This document shows, in pieces, positions 55,423-64,000 of a stretch of 64,000 nucleotides of DNA. The translations under genes and the position numbers were made by a program. Origin of the DNA: an uncultured Gammaproteobacteria bacterium (GTDB lineage: Bacteria > Patescibacteriota > Patescibacteriia > Magasanikbacterales > GWA2-37-8); the NCBI GenBank assembly GCA_964465205.1, contig CAYXJO010000005.1, forward strand, positions 4,552 to 68,551, read 5' to 3'. Position 1 is the first letter of the stretch; every line of letters begins with the position of its first letter. The notes beneath the pieces are model-generated. The model saw only the letters and a program-made list of their open reading frames with translations. It did not search any database and had not been told where the DNA came from.

Positions 55423-58400
55423 ATGCCCAAGAAACAACAATCAGGAGAAGCTGGCGTGAAACCAGAACATGGATTTGTTGGTAAAAATGATGGTGTACGT
55501 CGAGATCGTACTCGTAAAAAAACTCACCAAGACACAGGAGAAATGTCGGAACATTATGATTCGCAGGAAGTCAGACTGGATGCGGATGTGTTGGCCACTT
55601 GGGATACTGTCGAATATAAAATCAACAATCTTTCGCAAAGTAACCTAGATCATTTTTTGGCAACTGGGGCGCAGTGGGGGTGGTTTTCTGCTTCTGATAT
55701 GGAAAGCGATCTTGGAAACAAGCTAGCATTGATTGACGAGATTAAGACAAAAGACAATATTACAAAAGACGAAGCAAGAAAATTTCGTAATCTTGTGAAA
55801 GAGTTGGGTGAACATTTGGAAGAAATGGATAAAATCTACGGTTGGTTGTCAGAGCCAGCAATCGCCGAAGCCCCGGTGACAGTGGAGGAAAAACCAGAAT
55901 CCCCAAAAGAATTTTCTGCCGATGACCAAAAAATGTGGGAAGAGATTTTGGTAGAAGTAGAGGACGGATGGGCCAATCCAGCACAAGATGTGGAAGGTGT
56001 AGAAGTGGACAAGGCTGCATACGATACTACCCAATCTATACCCGAAAAAGCGACGAAAGAAGATTTGGCTAGTAAAGATAAGAGAATTCGCGATAAAGAA
56101 AAATTGGGATATTTTTTTGATTCCAAAACCGGTTTGTTAAAAATTGGATCAAAAGTAGAAGTTAACTTAAGTGTTCCTGGTACAGAATTAATTTATACGC
56201 CGGTACGTTTGAGTGAAGATAAAAAAACTCCACGCGGTTTTGAAATTGCTTGGAAGAAAACTACCGATAGCACAGTGATACAAGCTTTGGATATTGCGAT
56301 GGATGAGTTTGGTAGATTGTCTATGAAAATGAAGGGCCAGGCGGTAGAGGGTGGTAGGTCTGGCTTTAGAACTAAATCTACCAGAGATGCAAGTGCCGCT
56401 GATATAGATGAAGACCTGGACCAACTGAAAGCTTCTTTAGATTTTTTAGTTTTTAAAATAAGAAGAATGTTTGCACTGGCTGGTGTAGAACAGGCATTTT
56501 ATACACACGAAGAATCACAGGCGGTAGCGGCAGAAATACCTCTTGTGCAATCTACCGAAGAAATTTTAAATGAAGACAATGATCCGCCGCGCGCCAAATT
56601 GCGAGAAACCAAAATACATCAATTAGTAGAATCTGCCAAAAAGACCACTAACGAAAAAAAGCGGCACAAACTTTTGTCCGAAGCCATGAATAAAATAACC
56701 AAAAGGTTAACTGTCTTACCGAACGCGACTCATTGGTGGGTTTATATGGCTTATGTCGGTCATTTATTGGGCGATACTCAAACAGTGAAAGAAGCCTTAA
56801 ATAAGGTAGTTGAAAAAGACCCAAACAACGAAGTGGCCAAAAAGATTTTGGATAAAATGGAAAAAGGCGAAACGAATGTTGAACCGGCTGGGGCGGAAGC
56901 GATGAAAGTGACGGCAGAGGCGGATAATGCCAGTGTGGTAGCGACAGAAAAAGACACACCGAAAAAAGTTGATGCACCCGCCAAAAAAGAAAAATTACCC
57001 AAACCAGTTGCTGTCAAAACAGCGGTCGAGCCAGCCACAGAACCGGCAGTAGAACAAAAGGAAGATAGTCTGGAGTTAACCAGAGAAAGATTGGTAGATG
57101 CTGTAGAAAAAGGTGTGGATATTTTGAAAACCGCCATTCGCAAAGCCGCTGGTGAAAAGAAAAATAGACTTGATTGGGTGGTGGATGCAGTTAATCGCGC
57201 ATTGGCAGTAGCCAAAGGCGCCGAAGATGGAAAAATCGAAGTGTCAGCTGGTGGGCAAACCCAACGTGAAGGTGTGCCAGTGGATGACTTGATAGAAGAA
57301 TTGCAGATTTTGGCAATTAATACCAAAAAGAAAAAAGAGCAGGATGAGATTAATCATATTGTTAAACTGTTGAGTGATAATAGTTTGCGTTATTTTGAAG
57401 ACGCCCATCCGGAAGTAATGGATGAAGTGGGAAAACCGTGGAACAGGCAACATTGGCGTACCCAGCTTGAGGCGTATTATATTTCTGGTGACAAAGATTA
57501 TCGCCGTACCGGTAACATGGAAGAAGATTATAAGAAAGCAATGGAAGCAATGAGTAAGCGTCGCGAGTTAAATTTGGATCAATTTAACAAACCAAAAAAG
57601 ACAACCAAACCAGATAATTTTCAACCAGTGGCGGTTATTAAAGGACACACAGCCCCTATTTCATCGGTTGAGCCAAACGGCGCATCGGTTGCGACAGAAC
57701 CTCAAGACATGTCAGTGCCAGACAACCAAAATATTTCAGTGTCGTCCGCAGAAGCCCAACATAATGCCGGTGTAGATAAAAAGAAAAACCAAAAACAAGA
57801 GGAAACCGTTTCCTCTGATTGGTCTTCGTCGTATTTTAGAAAAGAAAATGAAATAGTGCCAACCACAGGGGTCATGTCTAAAATGACTACAGCTGAATTG
57901 GCTCGCTGGCGCGAGTATAATGAATGGGCGGTGTGTTTGGCGGCCGCCTCTGAGGGTGGTTTAGCGCAATTGGCCGATCCCAAGTTGGAAGATCGTGTGG
58001 AATTCAATGATATGATACGCGGTTTGGTGGATGTTTTTGCTGTTCATGGACGTGTACAAGAAAAAAGTGGGCAGGTAAAAAAGATGGATTATGCCGATTT
58101 AGATGGTCGTACGTGTATCAAGTTGTTATCAATGGCTGGTTTTAAAACCAATCTACAAGAGGGTGAAAATAAAGAAACTGGCAATGTAGATTTTTCTGTA
58201 CCGGGTAAGGCGGTAAAAAATGCTTTTAACACCGACACGGGTGGTCGTGACGGGTTTAGTTTTAACGTGTCTTTGGCCAAAGACGCCAATCCAAGATGGC
58301 AAAATATTGCTTATAACAAAATTCGCGGTGTTACGACCGTACTCGATCATCATGCGTGGTTTTCCAATCCTGATTCTTCGGCTGCCAGTTTTGTGTATGG

Positions 58401-59238
58401 GTGGCTTACCGAACATGGTTATTTGAAAAGAACTAAGGAGCTAGATCGTATTATGGATTTTGTCACCACCATTGATTCGATGTCTAATTTTGGTTATGGC
58501 TACAATAGACGTGGGGATACCAAATTGCGTACTGAAATTAAGCATGTTTTTGAGAGATCATATCGAACTTTGGTTGGTATGGCTAGATATGTACCGTTTG
58601 AAAAATACGATGAATTGTTTCGTCTGGTTTCGAGAAAAGATTTTGATATACACAAAGAACTGACTAATGATGAAATGGTAATGTTAGGTATTGTGGAACA
58701 CGAAGATATTTTGCGCGCGGTGGACGGGGGATTTGCCTCGGGTGAGAGTCGGACCAACCCTTATTACAAAGAAAAAACGAATGTTGAAAATACCGCCGCT
58801 GTATTTGAAGAAATGAAAAAAAATGGGTTAGTAATTTCTGTGGATCCGCCCGATAAAAAAGGTCCACCAGTGAAAGTTGCTATCAATTTACGCGGGCAAG
58901 GATTTCCACAGTTGCCAACCGGTTTCAATGGTGCGGTGGCTTGTGGCGCTGATATTTTTGTGGATTGGAATGAAAAACAACAAAGTTTTTTTGTTTCGTC
59001 GGCGTTTAAGTTACCAAAAGATATTAGAAATGTGGAGGGACTGACCGACAAGGATGGAGTTTATTTTGTACGCCAAACCATGCTTATCAAACCACTCACA
59101 TTAGACAGGCAAGATAGAAAAGATAGAAAAATAATCCCTTTCAAAATCAGTCTGGGTAATTTGTTAGACAATGTGGTGGGGACAAATTGGGAGCCAAATG
59201 GTGTGTTGAAGGATTATTTGGATAATCATAAGGTTTAA
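55423..59238 (+). CDS. Giant hypothetical protein (1271 aa), acidic N-terminal half with coiled coils, C-terminal globular region with a possible DHH-like motif
   Basis: Single uninterrupted ORF. The C-terminal VLDHHAWFSNPD and DxD-like patches hint at a DHH phosphoesterase-like domain (weak). Confidence 0.5.
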   Translation: MPKKQQSGEAGVKPEHGFVGKNDGVRRDRTRKKTHQDTGEMSEHYDSQEVRLDADVLATWDTVEYKINNLSQSNLDHFLATGAQWGWFSASDMESDLGNKLALIDEIKTKDNITKDEARKFRNLVKELGEHLEEMDKIYGWLSEPAIAEAPVTVEEKPESPKEFSADDQKMWEEILVEVEDGWANPAQDVEGVEVDKAAYDTTQSIPEKATKEDLASKDKRIRDKEKLGYFFDSKTGLLKIGSKVEVNLSVPGTELIYTPVRLSEDKKTPRGFEIAWKKTTDSTVIQALDIAMDEFGRLSMKMKGQAVEGGRSGFRTKSTRDASAADIDEDLDQLKASLDFLVFKIRRMFALAGVEQAFYTHEESQAVAAEIPLVQSTEEILNEDNDPPRAKLRETKIHQLVESAKKTTNEKKRHKLLSEAMNKITKRLTVLPNATHWWVYMAYVGHLLGDTQTVKEALNKVVEKDPNNEVAKKILDKMEKGETNVEPAGAEAMKVTAEADNASVVATEKDTPKKVDAPAKKEKLPKPVAVKTAVEPATEPAVEQKEDSLELTRERLVDAVEKGVDILKTAIRKAAGEKKNRLDWVVDAVNRALAVAKGAEDGKIEVSAGGQTQREGVPVDDLIEELQILAINTKKKKEQDEINHIVKLLSDNSLRYFEDAHPEVMDEVGKPWNRQHWRTQLEAYYISGDKDYRRTGNMEEDYKKAMEAMSKRRELNLDQFNKPKKTTKPDNFQPVAVIKGHTAPISSVEPNGASVATEPQDMSVPDNQNISVSSAEAQHNAGVDKKKNQKQEETVSSDWSSSYFRKENEIVPTTGVMSKMTTAELARWREYNEWAVCLAAASEGGLAQLADPKLEDRVEFNDMIRGLVDVFAVHGRVQEKSGQVKKMDYADLDGRTCIKLLSMAGFKTNLQEGENKETGNVDFSVPGKAVKNAFNTDTGGRDGFSFNVSLAKDANPRWQNIAYNKIRGVTTVLDHHAWFSNPDSSAASFVYGWLTEHGYLKRTKELDRIMDFVTTIDSMSNFGYGYNRRGDTKLRTEIKHVFERSYRTLVGMARYVPFEKYDELFRLVSRKDFDIHKELTNDEMVMLGIVEHEDILRAVDGGFASGESRTNPYYKEKTNVENTAAVFEEMKKNGLVISVDPPDKKGPPVKVAINLRGQGFPQLPTGFNGAVACGADIFVDWNEKQQSFFVSSAFKLPKDIRNVEGLTDKDGVYFVRQTMLIKPLTLDRQDRKDRKIIPFKISLGNLLDNVVGTNWEPNGVLKDYLDNHKV

Positions 59239-59335
59239 TTTGGCTAATTTTGGCCAAATTATAGTTTTGTGGCCAAAGACTCTTGACTAATTCTATTATT
59301 TCCGCTAAAATAATAGCGGATTAAGTTTTTTACAA

Positions 59336-59554
59336 ATGGTAAAGAATAATGACAATATCGAGCTGACTGGTAAAATTGCAGAACTTCTTCCAGCCGGGAC
59401 TTTTCGAGTAACTCTCGAAAGTGGGCAGACAATCGTCGCTCACTTGGCTGGCAAGATGCGTCTCAACAAAATCAGACTTGGCATCGGCGATAAAGTAAAG
59501 ATAGAAATGACGCCATATGATTTGACCAAGGGTCGAATCACTTATCGTTACTAA
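59336..59554 (+). CDS. infA: Translation initiation factor IF-1
   Basis: [35 protein letters not shown] is the canonical IF-1 S1 fold. Confidence 0.9.
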   Translation: MVKNNDNIELTGKIAELLPAGTFRVTLESGQTIVAHLAGKMRLNKIRLGIGDKVKIEMTPYDLTKGRITYRY

Positions 59555-59715
59555 TCCAAACAATACAACTAAATAATATATCAACCAGTGCGGTGGAGTT
59601 CCCGCTTTAGGGCAATATGTCTAAAGGGGACGAGGATATCGCGGCAGTGGTTGGTATTTTAGCTTACCTATTAATTTAATATAAAGAAGTTTTCATTAAT
59701 TTCATTTTAATTCCT

Positions 59716-59829
59716 ATGAAAGTGTGTGCTTCGGTAAAAAAAGTGTGCGCCAAGTGTAAAACAGTGCGCCGCAAAGGAAGAGTACAAGTAATTTGTGCTA
59801 ATCCAAAACATAAACAACGTCAAGGTTAA
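59716..59829 (+). CDS. rpmJ: 50S ribosomal protein L36
   Basis: Hand translation [37 protein letters not shown]; below the ORF-track size cutoff. Confidence 0.9.
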   Translation: MKVCASVKKVCAKCKTVRRKGRVQVICANPKHKQRQG

Positions 59830-59846
59830 TTAATTACCCAATTTTT

Positions 59847-60233
59847 ATGCGTATCAGTGGTATCAACATTCCCAAGGAGAAAAAAGTGCGGATTTCACTC
59901 CGTTATCTTTATGGTATCGGTCCGGCTTTGGCCGATCAAATATTGGAGAAAGCAGGTATCGATGGCAATATTCGCGTGAAAGACCTAACTACCGCGCAAC
60001 AAGATAAGCTGCGTGAATTGGTAGAAAAAAATCACAAAACCGAAGGTGATTTGCGTCGTGAAGTAATCGCGAATATCAAGCGTATGAAAGATGTAAAGTG
60101 CTATCGCGGCATTCGTCATATGAAACATTTGCCAGTACGTGGTCAACGCACCAAAACTAATTCTCGTACTGTACGTGGCAATGTGCGCAAGACAGCTGTT
60201 TCCGGTAAAAAACCAGCAGCCCAGAAGACCTAG
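59847..60233 (+). CDS. rpsM: 30S ribosomal protein S13
   Basis: MRISGINIPKEKKVRISLRYLYGIGPALADQIL. Confidence 0.9.
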   Translation: MRISGINIPKEKKVRISLRYLYGIGPALADQILEKAGIDGNIRVKDLTTAQQDKLRELVEKNHKTEGDLRREVIANIKRMKDVKCYRGIRHMKHLPVRGQRTKTNSRTVRGNVRKTAVSGKKPAAQKT

Positions 60234-60273
60234 TATAATAATTTTATTTACGAAAAAAGAATAATTTAAAATT

Positions 60274-60732
60274 ATGTCAGAAGAAGTAAAGCAAGCTGTG
60301 GTAGCGGCAGCCGATCCGGCTACTGCGTCCACCGTAGAAGAAAAGACGCCCAAAACCAAAAAAAGCAACAAAAAAGCGGTCAAACAAGTAGTGCGTGGCA
60401 ATGTCTATATTCAAGCTAGCTACAACAATACTATTGTGACCATTACTGATCCAAACGGCAATGCTTTGGCTTGGTCTTCGGCTGGTATTGCAGGGTTTAA
60501 AGGACCAAAGAAAGCCACTCCTTATGCCGCTAGTATGGTGGTGAAGGCTGTGGTGGACAAGTGTGCTCAATACGGACTCAAAGATGTTACTATCTATGTC
60601 AAGGGTATTGGTGGTGGTCGCGAAGGCGCTATCCGTGCTTTGCATGCCAATGGTTTGAATGTAGCTTCAATTAACGAAGTTACCCCAATCCCACACAATG
60701 GCTGTCGTGCTCCGAAACGTCGCCGTGTTTAA
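60274..60732 (+). CDS. rpsK: 30S ribosomal protein S11 (with N-terminal Ala/Lys-rich extension)
   Basis: GNVYIQASYNNTIVTITDPNGNALAWSSAG...KGPKKATPYAA. Confidence 0.9.
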   Translation: MSEEVKQAVVAAADPATASTVEEKTPKTKKSNKKAVKQVVRGNVYIQASYNNTIVTITDPNGNALAWSSAGIAGFKGPKKATPYAASMVVKAVVDKCAQYGLKDVTIYVKGIGGGREGAIRALHANGLNVASINEVTPIPHNGCRAPKRRRV

Positions 60733-60756
60733 TTTGTTTATTTCCTCACTTTAAAT

Positions 60757-61383
60757 ATGACTCAAGAATTAGACTCCAAATGTTCCAAATGCCGACGCGC
60801 CGGGGAAAAATTGTTTTTGAAAGGCGATAAGTGTTTGGGACCAAAATGCCCCATACTCAAGCGTAATTTTCCGCCTGGACAACATGGTGTGGCGAGCAAA
60901 CGCAATAAACCATCAAGTTATGGCCGTCAATTGCGTGAAAAACAAGAAGCCAAACAACACTATGGTTTGCGTGAACGACAATTTGAGAACTATGTAGAAG
61001 AAGCCGCTCGTAAAATTGGTGATACTAGCAAGTATCTTATCAATTATTTGGAATCACGTTTGGACAATGTGGTGTTCCGCATGGGTTTTGCTCCTTCGCG
61101 CAGTATGGCTCGTCAATTGGTAAGCCATGGACATATCACTGTTAATGGTAAAAAATTAGACATTGCCTCTTATCGCGTGAAAGTCGGCGATGAGATTGCG
61201 TTGTCTACCAAAGCTCATTCCAAAAAAGCTTTTGAAAATTTGGCTGAAAAATTAGGCAAATACGAAGCTCCAAGCTGGCTTCACGTAGATGCCAAAAAGT
61301 TCGCTGCCAAAGTACTCAACACACCCACGGTCGATGTGGTTCCGTTTAATCCAAAAGCGATTATTGAATTTTATTCTCGTTAA
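60757..61383 (+). CDS. rpsD: 30S ribosomal protein S4
   Basis: Zn-ribbon CSKCRRAGEKLFLKGDKC, ...YGLRERQF.... Confidence 0.9.
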   Translation: MTQELDSKCSKCRRAGEKLFLKGDKCLGPKCPILKRNFPPGQHGVASKRNKPSSYGRQLREKQEAKQHYGLRERQFENYVEEAARKIGDTSKYLINYLESRLDNVVFRMGFAPSRSMARQLVSHGHITVNGKKLDIASYRVKVGDEIALSTKAHSKKAFENLAEKLGKYEAPSWLHVDAKKFAAKVLNTPTVDVVPFNPKAIIEFYSR

Positions 61384-61427
61384 TTTTCTCGTCCGACTTT
61401 GTGCGGATGGGGTAATTTAAATTACCT

Positions 61428-62255
61428 ATGGAAAATATACTCTTGCCCTCCAAAGTGGAGTTCATGGAGGGTGCCAATCCGAATATGGGGACTGCTATCA
61501 TCACCCCTTGTTATCACGGATATGGTACCACTTTAGGCAATGGTTTGCGTCGCGTGCTTTTATCTTCTTTGCCGGGCGCAGCTGTTGAGGCCTTCAAAAT
61601 CAAAGGCGTACAGCATGAGTTTAGCGCTGTTGAGGGTGTTCAGGAAGATGTGGTGGAAATTATGCTTAACTTAAAACAAGTAGCGGTGAAAGTGTTTACC
61701 GATGAACCGGTGGTTTTGACAATTAATAAAAAAGGTCCTGGTAAAGTGACTGCTGGCGATATTGCTCGCGATGCTAATGTGGAAATTATCAACAAAGATT
61801 TGGTTATTGCCAATCTTACCACCAATAAAGCTTTTGAGATGGAAATCACTGTCGGTCGTGGTCGTGGTTTTAAACCGGTAGAAGAGAAAAATCGTCAAAA
61901 TTACGATTTGGGAACTATCGTGATTGATTCTATTTACACTCCTATTAAGGATGTTGGTTACAAAGTGGAATACACCCGCGTGGGCGATATTACCAACTTC
62001 GAAAAATTGACTATTAATATCGAAACCAACGGCACCATCACTCCTCAAGCAGCGCTCTATCAATCCACTCAGATTCTCATGGATCATTTTTCGGTAGTGC
62101 TTAATGGTATTGGTGCTCAAGAAGAAGTCCGTGTAATGGAAGAATCTGTTACTGAGGATAATGACGATGAATCAAGCGAAGAAAACACCGGCGATGAAGA
62201 AATCGAAAAGAAAGAGAAGAAACCTCATGCCAAAAAGACAACTAAAAAGAAATAA
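61428..62255 (+). CDS. rpoA: DNA-directed RNA polymerase alpha subunit, N-terminal domain only; C-terminus replaced by an acidic/basic low-complexity tail
   Basis: Alpha-NTD motifs are present (GTTLGNGLRRVLLSS, ...EVVEIMLNLK...). After ~aa 235 the sequence is EESVTEDNDDESSEENTGDEEIEKKEKKPHAKKTTKKK, with no helix-hairpin-helix alpha-CTD. Confidence 0.8.
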   Translation: MENILLPSKVEFMEGANPNMGTAIITPCYHGYGTTLGNGLRRVLLSSLPGAAVEAFKIKGVQHEFSAVEGVQEDVVEIMLNLKQVAVKVFTDEPVVLTINKKGPGKVTAGDIARDANVEIINKDLVIANLTTNKAFEMEITVGRGRGFKPVEEKNRQNYDLGTIVIDSIYTPIKDVGYKVEYTRVGDITNFEKLTINIETNGTITPQAALYQSTQILMDHFSVVLNGIGAQEEVRVMEESVTEDNDDESSEENTGDEEIEKKEKKPHAKKTTKKK

Positions 62256-62265
62256 TTTTTAAAAT

Positions 62266-62616
62266 ATGCGCCATCAAATGAAAAAGGTGAAATTAGACCG
62301 TAAGGCGGGACCGCGCAAAGCGCTTCTGGCGAGTTTAGCGGCGAGTCTAGTTTTGTACGAAAAAATTAAAACCACCAAGGCAAAAGCCAAAGCTTTGAAA
62401 TCTTTGGTCGAAAAAATGATTACCAAAGCCAAAGCCAATACTTTGGCTGGTCGTCGCGCCATCGCTGCGGAACTTAAACAAGAGAATGCCGTACGAAAAC
62501 TCATGGAAGTATTGGGACCGCGTTATGCCGAACGAAAAGGCGGGTATACTCGTATTGTACTTCTCAAAAATCGTAAAGGTGACGGAGCCGAAGAAGTATT
62601 GATTGAATTTGTGTAA
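62266..62616 (+). CDS. rplQ: 50S ribosomal protein L17
   Basis: MRHQMKKVKLDRKAGPRKALLASLA.... Confidence 0.9.
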   Translation: MRHQMKKVKLDRKAGPRKALLASLAASLVLYEKIKTTKAKAKALKSLVEKMITKAKANTLAGRRAIAAELKQENAVRKLMEVLGPRYAERKGGYTRIVLLKNRKGDGAEEVLIEFV

Positions 62617-62629
62617 TTAATTTTGTAAT

Positions 62630-62977
62630 ATGACCAAAAGAAAAGCAATCGAAATTGATGCTACCGGCATGGCTCCCGGACGTCTTGCCTCTCAAATTGC
62701 GGGTTTGATTATGGGCAAGGGTAAACCTAGCTATGTCCCATATAAAGATATGGGGGACAAGGTAGTGGTAAAAAATGTGAAATACATTAAATTTACCGGT
62801 AAAAAAATTGATCAAAAAGTCTATCGTCATCACAGTAATTATCCGGGTGGTCTAAAAGAAATTCCAGCCAAGAAAATGATGGAAAAACCGGACAAAGTCG
62901 TACTGCATGCGGTAGCCAAGATGATTCCGAAGAATAAAATGCGCACTGATCGTTTGCGCAGAGTATCCTTTAAGTAA
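62630..62977 (+). CDS. rplM: 50S ribosomal protein L13
   Basis: IDATGMAPGRLASQIAGLIMGK...YRHHSNYPGGLKE. Confidence 0.85.
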   Translation: MTKRKAIEIDATGMAPGRLASQIAGLIMGKGKPSYVPYKDMGDKVVVKNVKYIKFTGKKIDQKVYRHHSNYPGGLKEIPAKKMMEKPDKVVLHAVAKMIPKNKMRTDRLRRVSFK

Positions 62978-62988
62978 TTCTGATACCT

Positions 62989-63396
62989 ATGACTAAAATA
63001 AATCGTGGTAAAGAAGTGTATCGCGCAGTTGGTCGCCGCAAGACATCAGCCGCCCGCGTACGCATCGATAAGGGTAGTGGTAACATTACCGTTAATGGTG
63101 TGGATTATAAAGAGTATTTTCCATATTTTGAAATGCGTGATGCCATTATCGCCCCACTCAAAGCTTTGGCCAAAGAAAAAGATTTGGATGTGTCCGCCAA
63201 AGTTAGTGGATCTGGTAAAAAAGCGCAATCTGTTGCCGTACAACACGGCATCGCGCGCGCTTTGGTGGTGTGGAATGATGAATTCCGCAAGACCCTCAAA
63301 ACTCTTGGTTTTTTGACTCGAGACGCTCGTGCCAAAGAACGCAAGAAATTCGGTCTCAAACGCGCTCGTCGCGCACCGCAGTGGAGCAAACGCTAA
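62989..63396 (+). CDS. rpsI: 30S ribosomal protein S9
   Basis: AVGRRKTSAARVRI..., C-terminal KFGLKRARRAPQWSKR. Confidence 0.9.
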   Translation: MTKINRGKEVYRAVGRRKTSAARVRIDKGSGNITVNGVDYKEYFPYFEMRDAIIAPLKALAKEKDLDVSAKVSGSGKKAQSVAVQHGIARALVVWNDEFRKTLKTLGFLTRDARAKERKKFGLKRARRAPQWSKR

Positions 63397-63409
63397 ATTC
63401 TATATTTTC

Positions 63410-63510
63410 AAAGACGGATAGAATATATTTTAGTGCCTAGTTCGCCCGAATATTAATTTTAAATTAATGTGGGCTCATAAGTCACAAAAATATGTTCTAT
63501 CCGTCTTTTT
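63410..63510. repeat. Long-hairpin element copy B (outer stem AAGACGGATAGAA/TTCTATCCGTCTT, inner conserved TATATTTTAGTGCC ... GGGCTCATAA...ATATG)
   Basis: Shares architecture and the 14-nt core TATATTTTAGTGCC with copy A at 40591-40670; a T-run follows. Confidence 0.6.
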
Positions 63511-63570
63511 GTATATTTACATAATCTTCCCCTGTTATTTTTGCGAACCATATGTTATTATGCATATTAT

Positions 63571-64000
63571 ATGGATCAAAAACGTATTATTTGCGATAAA
63601 GTTTCTAAGGAAAACATCAATTTGGCCATTGAGATACAACATACTATTTTTCCCAAAGAAAATGATGCTTTGAATTTGAAGGCGTCGGCTGATAAAAGTC
63701 TGATTACAGAGGTTTATGGTAATAATTTTAGAAAGAGTGTTGATTTTTGGATATGTAAAGATGAAAACAATATTCCAATAGGCATCACCGGAATTTATTC
63801 TTATTTTGAATATCCGGATGATGCCTGGTGTGGTTGGTATGGTATTTTGCCGCAGTATCAAGGAATGGGATATGGTAAAGAACTGTTGCTTTGGACTATG
63901 GCCAAAGCCAAGGAAATGGGTTATAAGAATTTTCGTTTATACACCGATTTGATAGATAATCAGGTGGCTGTGGATCTGTATAGAAAGATTGGGATGATTG
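63571..64000 (+). CDS. GNAT-family N-acetyltransferase, partial (runs off right edge)
   Basis: Open frame from ATG 63571 to the window end; GWYGILPQYQGMGYGKELL is acetyl-CoA-binding motif A. Confidence 0.6.
   Translation, partial: MDQKRIICDKVSKENINLAIEIQHTIFPKENDALNLKASADKSLITEVYGNNFRKSVDFWICKDENNIPIGITGIYSYFEYPDDAWCGWYGILPQYQGMGYGKELLLWTMAKAKEMGYKNFRLYTDLIDNQVAVDLYRKIGMI

Noticed and set aside
56778-57326. 182-aa minus-strand ORF inside the giant gene (and 37061-37492 inside clpC, 8381-8749 inside the M20 gene, 15496-15756 inside rsmI)
   Set aside because: Shadow ORFs antisense to better-supported genes; Ser/Ala/Thr-rich low-complexity.
1-64000. CRISPR arrays, rRNA genes, additional tRNAs
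   Set aside because: I scanned for regularly spaced direct repeats and for rRNA- or tRNA-like conserved boxes. The only multi-copy repeats are those reported above (the 48-bp IR pair, the hairpin element pair, the AGTATAAT triplet). Only one tRNA (Asn) was found.

Overview
This is a low-GC (about 40% by eye), gene-dense bacterial fragment with short intergenic spacers and many small hypothetical membrane and secreted proteins. It carries a ribosomal-protein/rpoA cluster. The alpha subunit lacks the C-terminal domain, AlaRS is shortened, and there is one giant ORF. Together these suggest a reduced-genome, Patescibacteria/CPR-like organism; that lineage call is inference only.

Left end, 1-6164: all genes sit on the minus strand in a tightly coupled operon. 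In order they are an HTH controller protein, a RadC(JAB)::C5-cytosine methyltransferase fusion, a PD-ExK nuclease, Vsr, a GIY-YIG nuclease and an NYN nuclease. Next comes a large serine recombinase whose gene is bracketed by perfect 48-bp inverted repeats and runs into a minus-strand tRNA-Asn(GUU). This looks like an integrated restriction-modification/defence element at a tRNA.

The rest is mostly housekeeping:
- M20 peptidase and UppP
- Rrf2-NifS-NifU-ferredoxin
- RsmI-MetG
- RecJ, LepA, MurJ and an RNase J-like beta-CASP hydrolase
- MraZ-RsmH-FtsL
- a ClpC-like ATPase
- L21, RecR-YbaB and DnaB
- HIT, NUDIX, MnmA and AlaRS
- IF-1, L36, S13, S11, S4, RpoA, L17, L13 and S9

Features this does not explain:
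- Seven short, clearly GC-richer cassettes (about 50-58% by eye) are scattered among the low-GC genes. Each has a strong GGAGG Shine-Dalgarno and its own hairpin terminator, and none resembles a known family. One is followed by about 0.5 kb of GC-rich non-coding DNA.
- A roughly 240-nt candidate small RNA lies upstream of rplU, with a textbook promoter and an intrinsic terminator.
- A covarying long-hairpin element occurs twice, after rplU and after rpsI.
- A 108-bp MITE-like palindromic GC-rich element sits between alaS and the gtrA-like gene.
- A two-gene cassette pairs a 130-aa ORFan with a 46-aa hyper-acidic peptide.

No rRNA genes or CRISPR arrays were seen.
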